From positions 1 to 30,982 of the forward strand of contig JBJXGI010000005.1 in assembly GCA_046153645.1 (NCBI GenBank): DNA of 30,982 bases. Direction: 5' to 3'. Below the pieces are notes generated by a model. That model searched no databases. It had not been told where the DNA came from and saw only the letters and a program-made list of their open reading frames with translations. The translations under genes and the position numbers were made by a program. Position 1 is the first letter of the stretch; every line of letters begins with the position of its first letter. Origin of the DNA: Elusimicrobiota bacterium (GTDB lineage Bacteria > Elusimicrobiota > Elusimicrobia > F11). Shown in pieces: positions 1 through 11,177 of this stretch.

Positions 1-1035
<1,035 letters not shown>

Positions 1036-1152
1036 CATTAATGAATATTAAGAACGCAAATAGAACAGAAAATAGCAGGAATTAGCCTAAAGCTTATGGT
1101 TATTTGACCCTTAGTTATCAAAGACATTATTTATATTTTAGAGAGGAACAAA

Positions 1153-1270
1153 TGCTGGTGGTAATTCCGAAAAGGTCACACCCGTTCCCATTCCGAACAC
1201 GGCAGTTAAGCTTTTCAGGGTCGATGGTACTTATCCCGAAAGGGATCGGAAGAGTAGATCGCTGCCAGCA
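1153..1270 (+). rRNA. rrf: 5S rRNA
   Basis: Contains CACCCGTTCCCATTCCGAACACGGCAGTTAAG and GATGGTACT...GAGTAGATCGCTGCCAG. Terminal helix TGCTGGTGG/CTGCCAGCA. Ends are +/-2 nt. Confidence 0.98.
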
Positions 1271-1287
1271 TTGGTTCCTTTCATTGT

Positions 1288-2145
1288 TTGAAAGTTGGAT
1301 TAGTTATTAAAGTAAAAATAAAGTATTATATTTATGGCACTGCAAAATGGAAAAGCATTTTGTGGTTGCTTTTTTTTGTTTTAATTTTACTCTCTGAGAA
1401 GTTGATTGCAAGTGAATGGATGAAATCAGCCGATCAACTTGAGAGTGGAAACTGGACAGTTTCATTGTATGGTGGAGCGTCTGCCACAGAGCCTGAAATA
1501 CTCATGAAAGGATCCGGAGGAATTGTTGTTCCTATTACTGGTGGAAACAATACTGTAATAAGCAACAGTAGCTCTCGAATAAAATTAGAAGAGTATGTCG
1601 AATCTCATATGGCTGCAGTTTCATTTAGACCTCATGATAACGGCTTAACTTATTCATTTAAGATAGGCGAGGTAAAAAGTTCGAGTATTGAGTTTTCCTC
1701 TGGTACTTTTACAAATAAATTGTCCGGATTTGATGGGTATATTTGGGGAGTAGGATTTGGTTATAACGTGATTCCCGATACCATTGTTTCGATGGGGATC
1801 CAAATAGATTTTTCGTATTCAAATACGGTTATTGGTTTAGATAAATTCAATAGTCAGTTAGGCGTTTTTAGTGTTAATGAACAATTGATTCAAAACGAGT
1901 TTCAACTTTCGTCTTTGGTTAGTAAGCGAATTCAAATATTTGAACCTTTTGGTGGATTAAAATTTAATCGCGTTTCTACTATTCTGTATGACAAAGACTT
2001 AAAAAGCAGGGTTTCTGGAGTTGTTTATGGGGTTATCCCTACGGTTGGGATTAAGGTTAATTATGCCCCTAAACAGAGTGTGATTGTAGAAGTTAGTGGT
2101 GTAAGTGAGCAAGCAGTCCGGGCAGGGTTTATTTTGCAATTTTGA
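1288..2145 (+). CDS. putative outer-membrane beta-barrel protein, chlamydial MOMP/porin-like; start codon uncertain
   Basis: 285-aa ORF with a basic plus hydrophobic N-terminus (KWKSILWLLFFVLILL..LIA|SE), alternating amphipathic strands and a C-terminal Phe (AGFILQF). Segments resemble Chlamydia OmpA as I recall it. Confidence 0.75.
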   Translation: MKVGLVIKVKIKYYIYGTAKWKSILWLLFFVLILLSEKLIASEWMKSADQLESGNWTVSLYGGASATEPEILMKGSGGIVVPITGGNNTVISNSSSRIKLEEYVESHMAAVSFRPHDNGLTYSFKIGEVKSSSIEFSSGTFTNKLSGFDGYIWGVGFGYNVIPDTIVSMGIQIDFSYSNTVIGLDKFNSQLGVFSVNEQLIQNEFQLSSLVSKRIQIFEPFGGLKFNRVSTILYDKDLKSRVSGVVYGVIPTVGIKVNYAPKQSVIVEVSGVSEQAVRAGFILQF

Positions 2146-2157
2146 AAAGGAAAATTT

Positions 2158-2676
2158 ATGGCAAATCAAATAAAAGAAAATATAGTTACAGAATTAGCTA
2201 AAGAGCTCAAAGAAACAAAACACGTAGTAGTAACTCAATATCAAGGTATGACTGCTGAAGGATTTGATGCCCTAAGGAAAGCTCTGACACCTCTTGGTGG
2301 AAAATATAAAGTTGTTAAAAACAGGCTTGCTAAAATTGCTTTTGACCAATCTGGCTTTGATGATCTCAAGGATCAAATGAAAGGCCCATCTGCTATTGTT
2401 TATTCTGGATCTGATGGTGCTGCAATAACTAAAGCCCTTTTTAAATTTACAGAATCTAATGACAAATTTAGAGTTCGTGGTGGAAAAATTTTAGGTTTAG
2501 TTACGGATTCTAATGGATTGCGGACTATTTCAAACTTGCCTTCAAAAGAAGTTCTTATGTCCACACTCTTAGCAAGAATGCAGTCACCTTTAATTAGTTT
2601 AGTTCAAATCATGAATGAACCTCTGAGTAAACTTCAGAGAGCACTTTCTGCTTTAGCTAAAACAAAAGCAGCTTAA
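2158..2676 (+). CDS. rplJ: 50S ribosomal protein L10
   Basis: Y-G...LRK...YKVVKNRLAKIA, GPSAI and LPSKEVL motifs; directly upstream of L7/L12. Confidence 0.97.
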   Translation: MANQIKENIVTELAKELKETKHVVVTQYQGMTAEGFDALRKALTPLGGKYKVVKNRLAKIAFDQSGFDDLKDQMKGPSAIVYSGSDGAAITKALFKFTESNDKFRVRGGKILGLVTDSNGLRTISNLPSKEVLMSTLLARMQSPLISLVQIMNEPLSKLQRALSALAKTKAA

Positions 2677-2762
2677 TAAATTTAATCATAATGTTCGCCA
2701 AAGGCGGACGCTACTACTTGAGTTATAAATAACGCCGGGTATTAGTTGATAGGAGGAATAAA

Positions 2763-3140
2763 ATGGCACAAATTACAGTTGAAGACTTCGTTGAATCACT
2801 TGGAAAATGGACAATTCTTGACATTGATAAAGCTGTCAAAGCAATTGAAGAAAAATATGGAATTTCGGCAGCACCTGTTGCTGTTGCCGCTGCTCCTGCT
2901 GCTGCCGCTCCTGCCGCTTCTGAAGAGAAAACAGAATTTACCGTTGTTTTAACTGGTGCGGGTGCAAATAAAATTAATGCCATTAAAGTTGTTAGAGAGT
3001 TAACTGGACTTGGTCTTAAAGAAGCCAAAGATCTTGTTGAAGCTGCCCCTAAACCCGTGAAAGAAAATGTTGATAAAAAAACCGCCGAAGAGTTGAAAAA
3101 GAAACTGATTGAAGCCGGCGCAACAGCTGAAATTAAATAG
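2763..3140 (+). CDS. rplL: 50S ribosomal protein L7/L12
   Basis: Ala-rich hinge, [38 protein letters not shown] at 2751. Confidence 0.99.
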   Translation: MAQITVEDFVESLGKWTILDIDKAVKAIEEKYGISAAPVAVAAAPAAAAPAASEEKTEFTVVLTGAGANKINAIKVVRELTGLGLKEAKDLVEAAPKPVKENVDKKTAEELKKKLIEAGATAEIK

Positions 3141-3213
3141 TTCTAAACATTACCCATTCACATAAATATAGTTATTGCCAAAATTCGTCGGTAAAGACGA
3201 AATGGAGGGCCAG

Positions 3214-6200
3214 TTGAAGAAAACATCTTTTGCTCGGATTAAATCCGTTATTGAGCTTCCACCACTCCTCGAAATGCAGCGATCATCATATGCTGATTTC
3301 TTGCAGGCAGAGATTTCGCCTAAGGAGAGAAAAATTCAGGGATTGCAGGCATCTTTTTTAGATATTTTCCCAATTAATAATGGTGATGAGAGTCTTATGC
3401 TGGAATTTGTTCAGTATAACCTTGGAACTCCCAAGTACACTCTTGAAGAGTCAATTGATAAAGATGCAAGTTTCTCAACTCCTTTAAAAGCTGTTATGCG
3501 TTTGGTGCACAAACAGCCTTCAGGTAAACCCAAGGTTTTAACTGAGCAAGAAGTGTATCTATGTGATTTGCCTCTAATGAGTGACACAGCTTCTTTTGTT
3601 ATTAATGGCGCTGAACGAGTTATCGTTAGCCAGTTACATCGGTCTCCTGGGGTTATTTTTGAAGAAGATGAAGAGAAAGCCATCTCTTCTTATGGAAAAA
3701 GTTTGTTTTTTGGACGAATAATTCCGTATAGAGGCGCTTGGGTAGAATTTGAGTTCGATTTAAATAACGCTATTTTTATCCGCATTGATAAAAAGAGAAA
3801 ATTCCCTGCCACAACACTTCTACGTGCAGCAGGTGTTGAAACAACAGCACAAATTCTGCAATTGTTTTATGAAACGGAAAACCTTCCTGGAAACAGCGGG
3901 CAATTAGCCGGAAGAGTTTTGGCAGATGATGTAATTGATGAAGATTCCGGTGAGGTTTTATTAGAAGCCAATGCGGAAATTTCAAAAGAAGCAGCGCTCC
4001 GTTTTCAAGAGAAAAAAGTTAAATCTGTTAAGGTTATTATCACGGATCCTGCATTAAATGATATTGCAATAAGAAATACTTTAGCGAAAGATCCAGTTAG
4101 AAGTAGAAAAGAAGCAATTCATACAATTTATCGAATTGTGCGTTCTCAAGAATTTATTGTTCCTGAACAAGCAGAAGATTTTTTAAATACATTACTCTTT
4201 AAATCAATTCGACATTATGATTTTACAAAAGTTGGACGATTTAAGATCAATCGTAAGTTGCTCCCAATGTATGAATCGCTCGCTAAAAAGAAAGGTTTTG
4301 GTTTTGAAGTCCCTAGTGATCGAAGAAGAACCCTTTCTCTTGAAGATATTGTTGTTACAATGCAATATCTCATCGCCTTGAATAATGGTTTAACTACTGT
4401 TGATGTTGGAGATCAAAAAGTAAAAGTAGAAATAGATGACATTGATCACCTTGGAAACCGTCGTGTGAGAGGGGTCGGAGAACTTTTAGAAAATCAAATT
4501 CGTATGGGGCTGGCTCAAATGGCTCGTATGGCTCGTGATCGAATGAATTTACAAGATGAGCCCAATCCTACTCCGCGTTCAGTCTTAAACACGGCACCCG
4601 TAGCCGCGGCTGTAAGAAAGTTTTTTGGATCCAGTCAATTATCTCAGTTTATGGATCAAACCAATCCATTGTCAGAATTAACACATAAACGGCGTTTGTC
4701 CGCTCTCGGTCCTGGTGGATTACATCGAAAACGAGCAGGCTTTGAAGTTCGTGACGTCCATCATACGCATTATGGTCGAATTTGTCCTATTGAAACACCG
4801 GAAGGCCCAAATATTGGTCTTATCACTTCTTTGGCTTGTTTTGCTCGAATTAATCAATATGGATTAATTGAATCACCTTATCGTGCTGTTAAAAAAGGTG
4901 AAGTTTCTGATGAAATCGAATTTCTCACAGCTGATAAAGAAGACGATTACACTGTTGCGCAGGCCAATTCACCACTTGAGAAAAACGGTAAGTTTTCTGC
5001 TGAACTAGTGGCTTGTCGATTTCGTGGGGATTTTCCTCAGAAAAATCCAAATGATATTAATTTTATGGATATCTCTCCGGCGCAAGTTGTTTCTATTTCA
5101 ACTGCGCTTATTCCGTTTTTGGAACATGACGACGCAAACCGCGCTCTTATGGGATCAAATATGCAACGCCAAGCAGTTCCTTTGTTAATTCCTCAGGCAC
5201 CTATTGTTGGAACTGGGGTAGAAGGATCTGTTGCTCGTGATTCAGGCGCTGCTATTGTTGCCAAAAAAGGTGGTCTCATCGTTTCCGTTTGGAGTGATCA
5301 AATCGCTATTTATAATGACGAAGGTGAAGTTGATATTTATAAACTTCGTAAATATGCAAGATCAAACCAAGATACATGTATTAATCAAATTCCTTTGATT
5401 CGTGTCGGCGACCGAGTGAAAAAAGGTGAAGTTATTTGTGATGGACCGGCCACCAATCAAGGTGAACTGGCATTAGGAAAAAATTTGGTTGTCGCTTTCA
5501 TGCCTTGGGAAGGTTATAACTTTGAAGATGCCATTTTGTTGAATGAGAAATTAGTTAGAAATGATGTTTTAACATCGTTTCATATTTCTGAATTTCAGAT
5601 TGAAGCGCGTGATACAAAGCTTGGGGCAGAAGAAATTACTCGCGATATTCCCAGCGTTGGTGCCGATGCACTTGTTAATTTAGATGAAACTGGAATTATC
5701 CGTCCCGGTGCTGAAGTTGGACCTGGTGATATTCTTGTTGGAAAAGTTGCGCCCAAAGGCGAACAGCAAATTACGCCTGAAGAAAGATTGTTAAAAGTTA
5801 TTTTCGGTAAAAAAGCCGAAGATGTGATGGACGCTTCCCTTCGTGTTCCCCCTGGAATTCGAGGGAAAATTATTGGAACAAGAACTTTTATTCGTAAAGA
5901 AAGATTGAGCAAAAAAGACGAAAATAAAAAAATTAAAGAGATCGATGCTGAGCTTGAAGGGAAACTTGAATGGATTCGTGAACAAAAGAAAGATCGTTTA
6001 GAGCGACTCGATAGAGAAGTGGAAGAAAAAATAATTACTTCCAAACAGTTCAGTGAACAAAAAGAAGTTGCTAAGGTTATGGCTCAGAAACTAGAGTCTG
6101 ATGCTCGTTTAGACGCTGCGCGCCTTAAGGAAAATGTGAAACAGGGTGATGAATTGCCTGTTACCGTTAATAAGGTTGTTAAAGTATTTGTTGGTACTAA

Positions 6201-7026
6201 GAGAAAAATTCAAGTTGGTGATAAATTGGCTGGTCGTCATGGAAACAAAGGAGTTGTTGCTCGTATTATGGCGCCAGAAGATATGCCTTTTATGCCAGAT
6301 GGAACTCCTGTGGATGTTGTCCTTTCTCCTCTTGGTGTGCCTTCCCGTATGAACGTCGGGCAATTGCTCGAGGTTATGTTGGGATGGGCTGGAATGCATT
6401 TAAAAACTCAGATGGTTTCTCCTGTATTTGATGGCGCAAAAGAAGAACAGATTTTAGATGTTATTCGTCAAGCCAAACAAAAATTGAGAGATGATGGAAT
6501 GAGAGAAGATTATCTTCCAAATGATTATGGAGAATATACTCTTTATGATGGGAGAACCGGCGAAGCTTTTAGTGAGCGGATTACCGTTGGAGTTTTATAT
6601 ATCTTGAAACTTGCGCATATGGTGGAAGATAAAATTCATGCGCGATCCACTGGTCCTTATTCTCTTATTACTCGCCAGCCTTTAGGTGGTAAAGCTCAGT
6701 TTGGTGGGCAGAGATTTGGAGAAATGGAAGTATGGGCGATTGAAGGCTATGGTGCCGCTCATATTCTACAAGAGTTTTTAACCGTTAAATCTGATGATGC
6801 TAATGGTAGAACAAAAATGTATGAGGCTATTATTCGAGGAGAAGCTGTCGCTGAGCCTGGAATCCCCGAATCATTTAAAGTTTTAGTTCGTGAATTACAA
6901 TCATTAGCTGTTAATGTAGAGCTATTAAGGACAAAAGATGGCGCCGCATCTCAGGCGACAGATTTATCTGATGAATCCATTCCGTCTACAGTAGCTTTGA
7001 GTGAAGCCACAAAGGAGAAAGAATAA
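3214..7026 (+). CDS. rpoB: DNA-directed RNA polymerase beta subunit; probable TTG start at 3214 (alternatives ATG 3202, TTG 3175)
   Basis: INGAERVIVSQLHRSPG, SQLSQFMDQTNPLSELTHKRRLSALGPGG, GDKLAGRHGNKG and GGQRFGEMEVWA motifs; GGAGG at 3204-3208 is 5 nt before the TTG. Confidence 0.99.
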   Translation: MKKTSFARIKSVIELPPLLEMQRSSYADFLQAEISPKERKIQGLQASFLDIFPINNGDESLMLEFVQYNLGTPKYTLEESIDKDASFSTPLKAVMRLVHKQPSGKPKVLTEQEVYLCDLPLMSDTASFVINGAERVIVSQLHRSPGVIFEEDEEKAISSYGKSLFFGRIIPYRGAWVEFEFDLNNAIFIRIDKKRKFPATTLLRAAGVETTAQILQLFYETENLPGNSGQLAGRVLADDVIDEDSGEVLLEANAEISKEAALRFQEKKVKSVKVIITDPALNDIAIRNTLAKDPVRSRKEAIHTIYRIVRSQEFIVPEQAEDFLNTLLFKSIRHYDFTKVGRFKINRKLLPMYESLAKKKGFGFEVPSDRRRTLSLEDIVVTMQYLIALNNGLTTVDVGDQKVKVEIDDIDHLGNRRVRGVGELLENQIRMGLAQMARMARDRMNLQDEPNPTPRSVLNTAPVAAAVRKFFGSSQLSQFMDQTNPLSELTHKRRLSALGPGGLHRKRAGFEVRDVHHTHYGRICPIETPEGPNIGLITSLACFARINQYGLIESPYRAVKKGEVSDEIEFLTADKEDDYTVAQANSPLEKNGKFSAELVACRFRGDFPQKNPNDINFMDISPAQVVSISTALIPFLEHDDANRALMGSNMQRQAVPLLIPQAPIVGTGVEGSVARDSGAAIVAKKGGLIVSVWSDQIAIYNDEGEVDIYKLRKYARSNQDTCINQIPLIRVGDRVKKGEVICDGPATNQGELALGKNLVVAFMPWEGYNFEDAILLNEKLVRNDVLTSFHISEFQIEARDTKLGAEEITRDIPSVGADALVNLDETGIIRPGAEVGPGDILVGKVAPKGEQQITPEERLLKVIFGKKAEDVMDASLRVPPGIRGKIIGTRTFIRKERLSKKDENKKIKEIDAELEGKLEWIREQKKDRLERLDREVEEKIITSKQFSEQKEVAKVMAQKLESDARLDAARLKENVKQGDELPVTVNKVVKVFVGTKRKIQVGDKLAGRHGNKGVVARIMAPEDMPFMPDGTPVDVVLSPLGVPSRMNVGQLLEVMLGWAGMHLKTQMVSPVFDGAKEEQILDVIRQAKQKLRDDGMREDYLPNDYGEYTLYDGRTGEAFSERITVGVLYILKLAHMVEDKIHARSTGPYSLITRQPLGGKAQFGGQRFGEMEVWAIEGYGAAHILQEFLTVKSDDANGRTKMYEAIIRGEAVAEPGIPESFKVLVRELQSLAVNVELLRTKDGAASQATDLSDESIPSTVALSEATKEKE

Positions 7027-7029
7027 TCC

Positions 7030-10000
7030 ATGGATACGCTCATTATTGATAAGAAAAAAGATCTTTTTAAATCTAAAAAAGGTTCCGCTCCTGCGGTTAA
7101 CTTCACCGACTTTAATTCTATTCGGCTCTCTGTTGCGAGTGCGGAAGATATTCGTTCTTGGTCACATGGTGAGGTAAGAAAACCTGAAACCATCAACTAT
7201 AGAACCTTTAAACCAGAGCGAGATGGTCTTTTCTGTGAAAGAATATTTGGTCCTGTTAGAGATTGGGAATGTGCTTGTGGAAAATATAAATACATAAAAT
7301 ACAAGGGCACCATTTGCGATCGTTGCGGTGTTGAAGTTACTGAATCGAAAGTTCGTCGCGAAAGAATGGGAAGTATTGAGTTGGCAGTTCCAGTTGCCCA
7401 TATTTGGTATTTGCGCAAAGCCCCATCGAGAATTGGCTCTCTTCTTGGTATTCGACTCACTGATTTGGAAAAAATAACTTATTATGCTCGCTGGGTTGTT
7501 TTAGAAGATTTTAAAACTGACGATGGAAAAGTTAAATATGCTGCGAAGACTTTACTGACTGATGAGGAGTATCAAAAAGCACGTCAAGAATTTGGTGGTA
7601 AAGTTAACGTCGGGATTGGTGCAGAAGCCATCCAGAAACTTTTACAAAAAATTGATCTCCCAACTGAAGTCAAAAATGTTCGTGAACGTTTTCATAGTAT
7701 TGAATCCGAAACCGAACGAAATAAATTAATCAAAAGACTTAGGATTGTTGAAGGTTTTTTACATTCTAAGAGTCGTCCTGAGTGGATGGTTTTAACTATT
7801 CTTCCCGTGATTCCACCAGATCTTCGTCCACTGGTTCCATTGGAAGGTGGTCGTTTTGCTACATCTGATTTAAATGATCTTTATAGAAGAATTATTAATA
7901 GAAACAATCGGTTAAAACATATTGAATCTTTGCGCGCTCCAGAAGTCATGATTCATAATGAAAAAAGACTGCTCCAAGAAGCAGTTGACGCTCTCATAGA
8001 AAATGGGGCTCGTGGTAAAGTTGTTGTTGGTGCCGGTGGACGTCCATTAAAATCACTTTCTGATATTCTTAAGGGTAAACAAGGACGTTTCCGTCAGAAC
8101 TTGCTAGGTAAACGCGTAGATTATTCTGGCCGATCTGTTATCGTTGTCGGCCCTTATTTGAAAATGAATCAATGCGGATTACCGAAAGAAATGGCACTAG
8201 AACTCTTTAAGCCGTTTATTATCCGTGAATTAATGAAGAGAGAAAATATCACTCTTAAGGCCGCAAAAAGAATGCTTGAAAGAGTAAAACCTGAAATTTG
8301 GGATATTCTCGAACAAGTAACAAAAGATTTACCTATTCTTCTCAATCGTGCGCCAACACTTCATAGGCTTGGTGTTCAAGCTTTCATGCCAATTCTCATT
8401 GAAGGAAAATCCATCCAACTTCATCCTTTAACTTGCGCAGCTTTTAATGCTGACTTTGATGGAGATCAAATGGCTGTTCACGTGCCATTATCTTTGGAAG
8501 CACAGTTAGAAGCGAAGTTATTAATGATGGCAACGAATAATATTTTATCTCCAGCTTCTGGTAAACCAATTGCACTACCTTCTCAAGATATGATTCTTGG
8601 TATTGCATTTATGACCAAAATGAAACGAGGCGTTGATGGAGAGGGTCGTTTTTATTGCAATTCCGAGGAAGTTTTTACTGCATATCAAAATAAAACCACC
8701 AGTCTCCATGCTCGGATCAAGGTTGCTGGAGTTAATAAATTAGTTGAAGATAATTTAAATGAAGATGATCAAAGAAATCCGGAGAAGTGGAGTGAATGGA
8801 CCACAGTAGGGAGAGTCATTTTCAATAGTATTGTTCCTGATGAATTGGGATACGTCAATATTAGTATCACTAAAAAAGAAATTTCTAAGCTTGTTGACCG
8901 TTGTTATCGAGAACTCGGGAATCTTAAAACAGCTATTTTCTTAGATGAAATTAAGCGACTTGGCTATCGATTCGCCACTGTCGCTGGTTTATCTATTTCT
9001 GTTTCAGACTTTCTTATTCCACAACAAAAAATTGAAATTGTTTCTAAAGCTTTTACTCAGGCAAAAGAAATTGCCAAACAGGCAAAAATGGGAATCATTA
9101 CAGATTCAGAACGGTATAATAAAATTATCGATCTTTGGACTCATGTAACTGATGCGATTGCCGACCATATGTTTGATCAGATGCAAAAGCAAGAATCGGG
9201 ATTAGCTAAACCAGGAGAAAAGAAATTTAATCCTGTGTTTATGATGGCTGATTCAGGTGCTCGTGGTAGTCGACAACAAATTAGGCAATTAGGTGGAATG
9301 CGTGGTCTCATGCAAAAACCTCAAAAGAAGTTAACCGGTGCTGTTGGTGAAATTATTGAAAACCCTGTTATTGCTAACTTTAGAGAAGGCTTATCTGTTC
9401 TCGAGTACTTCATCTCGACTCATGGAGGTCGTAAAGGTTTGGCTGATACAGCGCTAAAGACCGCCGATGCAGGATATCTCACTCGTCGTCTTGTCGATGT
9501 AGGTCATGACCTTGTTGTAACGGAAGAGAATTGTAAAACCATCAATGGTATTTTTGTCGGAACTTTACAATCTGGCGAAGATATTATTGAAAGTGTGGAA
9601 GAAAGAATTTTAGGACGCGTTGCTCTTGATAATATTGCAGATCCTCTGACCGATGAAGTCATTGTTAAGGTAAACGATATGATTACCGAGGAACAAGGGA
9701 AAAAATTAGCCAAGGCTGATATTGACCGCGTTCGGATCCGATCTATTTTAACTTGCGAAGCTAAACGCGGTGTTTGCGCTATGTGTTATGGTGTGAATCT
9801 TGCTAACGGGAGAAAAGTTGAACCTGGCGAAGCCGTCGGAATTATTGCGGCACAATCTATTGGTGAACCTGGTACACAATTAACACTCAGAACCTTCCAT
9901 ATCGGAGGTACTGCTAGTCGTGTTATTCAAAGATCTCAAGTTATTGCAAAAGAAGCGGGTGTAGCCAAATTCCATGGAATTAAAACCCTTGCTAATAGAG

Positions 10001-11175
10001 AAAATCAAACAATCTGCGTTTCCCGAAATGGTTATATTTCTATTCGAGAAACCGGTGGTAAAGAACGAAATCCTTATGAAGTTCCTTATGGTGCCAGAGT
10101 TAAAGTAACTGAAGGTAAGAAAATTGAAAAGGGTGATTTGCTCGTTGAGTGGGATCCTTATTCTCTTCCTATTATTACAGAAGAAGAAGGAACGGTTAAA
10201 CTAGAAGATGTAATGGAAGGCGTAACGCTCCATGAAGAAAAGAACCGTATCACGGGTTTAATTGAACGTGTTATTATTGAGCATCGCGCCGAAGCTCTTC
10301 ATCCCCAAATTGTTATTATTGGAAAATCCGGAAAACCTGTTGCGAAATATCCACTTCCTATTGACACCAACCTTGTTGTGCAAGATGGAGACAAAGTGCT
10401 TCATGGCGATATTTTGGCTAAGATTCCACAAGAGGTTTCTAAATCAAAAGATATCACCGGTGGTCTTCCTCGCGTTGCTGAACTTTTTGAAGCAAGAAAA
10501 CCAAAAAATCCTGCTGTTATCTCTGAAATTGAAGGAACAGTTAAACTTTCTTCAACTCCCAAAGGCGGATTAAAAGTCATTGTCACTAATGAAGAGACTG
10601 GACTGCAAAGAGAGTATAATGTTCCACAAGGAAAACATTTGGTTGTTTATGAGGGTGATCGCGTTGGAGTAGGAGAACCCATCGTTGACGGAGCCATTAA
10701 CCCACATGATATTTTAAAAGTTAAAGGCGCCAAAGAAGTTCAAGAGTTTTTAGTAAATGAAATTCAAGAAGTTTATCGCTTGCAAGGTGTTATCATTAAC
10801 GATAAACATATCGAGATCATTGTGAGAAGAATGCTCTCCAATGTTATCATCACCAAATCAGGTGGGACCGATTTATTGGTCGGTGAGGTTGTTGCTCGTC
10901 ACAAATTCATTGATGCTAATAAACATGTTAAGAAAGGTGAACAAGCAGAAGCTCAGCCTGTTTTACTTGGAATTACGAAGGCTTCATTGGCTTCAGATTC
11001 TTTCATCTCTGCCGCAAGTTTCCAAGAAACAACTCGTGTCTTGGTTGACGCTGCAACAAATGGAAGTATTGATGAACTCAGAGGTCTTAAAGAAAACGTT
11101 ATCATTGGTCACTTGATTCCAGCAGGAACAGGACTTTATGAAAGAACGCTAATAGAGGAAGCAACTAAAAAATAA
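7030..11175 (+). CDS. rpoC: DNA-directed RNA polymerase beta' subunit
   Basis: Catalytic NADFDGD, N-terminal zinc finger CACG...CDRC, trigger loop [15 protein letters not shown] and [11 protein letters not shown]. Confidence 0.99.
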   Translation: MDTLIIDKKKDLFKSKKGSAPAVNFTDFNSIRLSVASAEDIRSWSHGEVRKPETINYRTFKPERDGLFCERIFGPVRDWECACGKYKYIKYKGTICDRCGVEVTESKVRRERMGSIELAVPVAHIWYLRKAPSRIGSLLGIRLTDLEKITYYARWVVLEDFKTDDGKVKYAAKTLLTDEEYQKARQEFGGKVNVGIGAEAIQKLLQKIDLPTEVKNVRERFHSIESETERNKLIKRLRIVEGFLHSKSRPEWMVLTILPVIPPDLRPLVPLEGGRFATSDLNDLYRRIINRNNRLKHIESLRAPEVMIHNEKRLLQEAVDALIENGARGKVVVGAGGRPLKSLSDILKGKQGRFRQNLLGKRVDYSGRSVIVVGPYLKMNQCGLPKEMALELFKPFIIRELMKRENITLKAAKRMLERVKPEIWDILEQVTKDLPILLNRAPTLHRLGVQAFMPILIEGKSIQLHPLTCAAFNADFDGDQMAVHVPLSLEAQLEAKLLMMATNNILSPASGKPIALPSQDMILGIAFMTKMKRGVDGEGRFYCNSEEVFTAYQNKTTSLHARIKVAGVNKLVEDNLNEDDQRNPEKWSEWTTVGRVIFNSIVPDELGYVNISITKKEISKLVDRCYRELGNLKTAIFLDEIKRLGYRFATVAGLSISVSDFLIPQQKIEIVSKAFTQAKEIAKQAKMGIITDSERYNKIIDLWTHVTDAIADHMFDQMQKQESGLAKPGEKKFNPVFMMADSGARGSRQQIRQLGGMRGLMQKPQKKLTGAVGEIIENPVIANFREGLSVLEYFISTHGGRKGLADTALKTADAGYLTRRLVDVGHDLVVTEENCKTINGIFVGTLQSGEDIIESVEERILGRVALDNIADPLTDEVIVKVNDMITEEQGKKLAKADIDRVRIRSILTCEAKRGVCAMCYGVNLANGRKVEPGEAVGIIAAQSIGEPGTQLTLRTFHIGGTASRVIQRSQVIAKEAGVAKFHGIKTLANRENQTICVSRNGYISIRETGGKERNPYEVPYGARVKVTEGKKIEKGDLLVEWDPYSLPIITEEEGTVKLEDVMEGVTLHEEKNRITGLIERVIIEHRAEALHPQIVIIGKSGKPVAKYPLPIDTNLVVQDGDKVLHGDILAKIPQEVSKSKDITGGLPRVAELFEARKPKNPAVISEIEGTVKLSSTPKGGLKVIVTNEETGLQREYNVPQGKHLVVYEGDRVGVGEPIVDGAINPHDILKVKGAKEVQEFLVNEIQEVYRLQGVIINDKHIEIIVRRMLSNVIITKSGGTDLLVGEVVARHKFIDANKHVKKGEQAEAQPVLLGITKASLASDSFISAASFQETTRVLVDAATNGSIDELRGLKENVIIGHLIPAGTGLYERTLIEEATKK

Positions 11176-11177
11176 TT

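Noticed and set aside
1036..1152. tRNA or internal promoter (TTGACC at 1104) in the 23S-5S spacer
   Set aside because: There is no cloverleaf or TTCGA arm, and no convincing -10 at 16-18 nt spacing.
1104..1310. 68-aa ORF
   Set aside because: It spans the 5S rRNA gene.
2868..2920. GCT/GCC-rich repeat tract
   Set aside because: It encodes the normal Ala/Pro hinge of L7/L12.
4621..4725. Rifampicin-resistance changes in RpoB cluster I
   Set aside because: SQFMDQTNPLSELTHKRRLSALG has the sensitive-type D, H and S residues.
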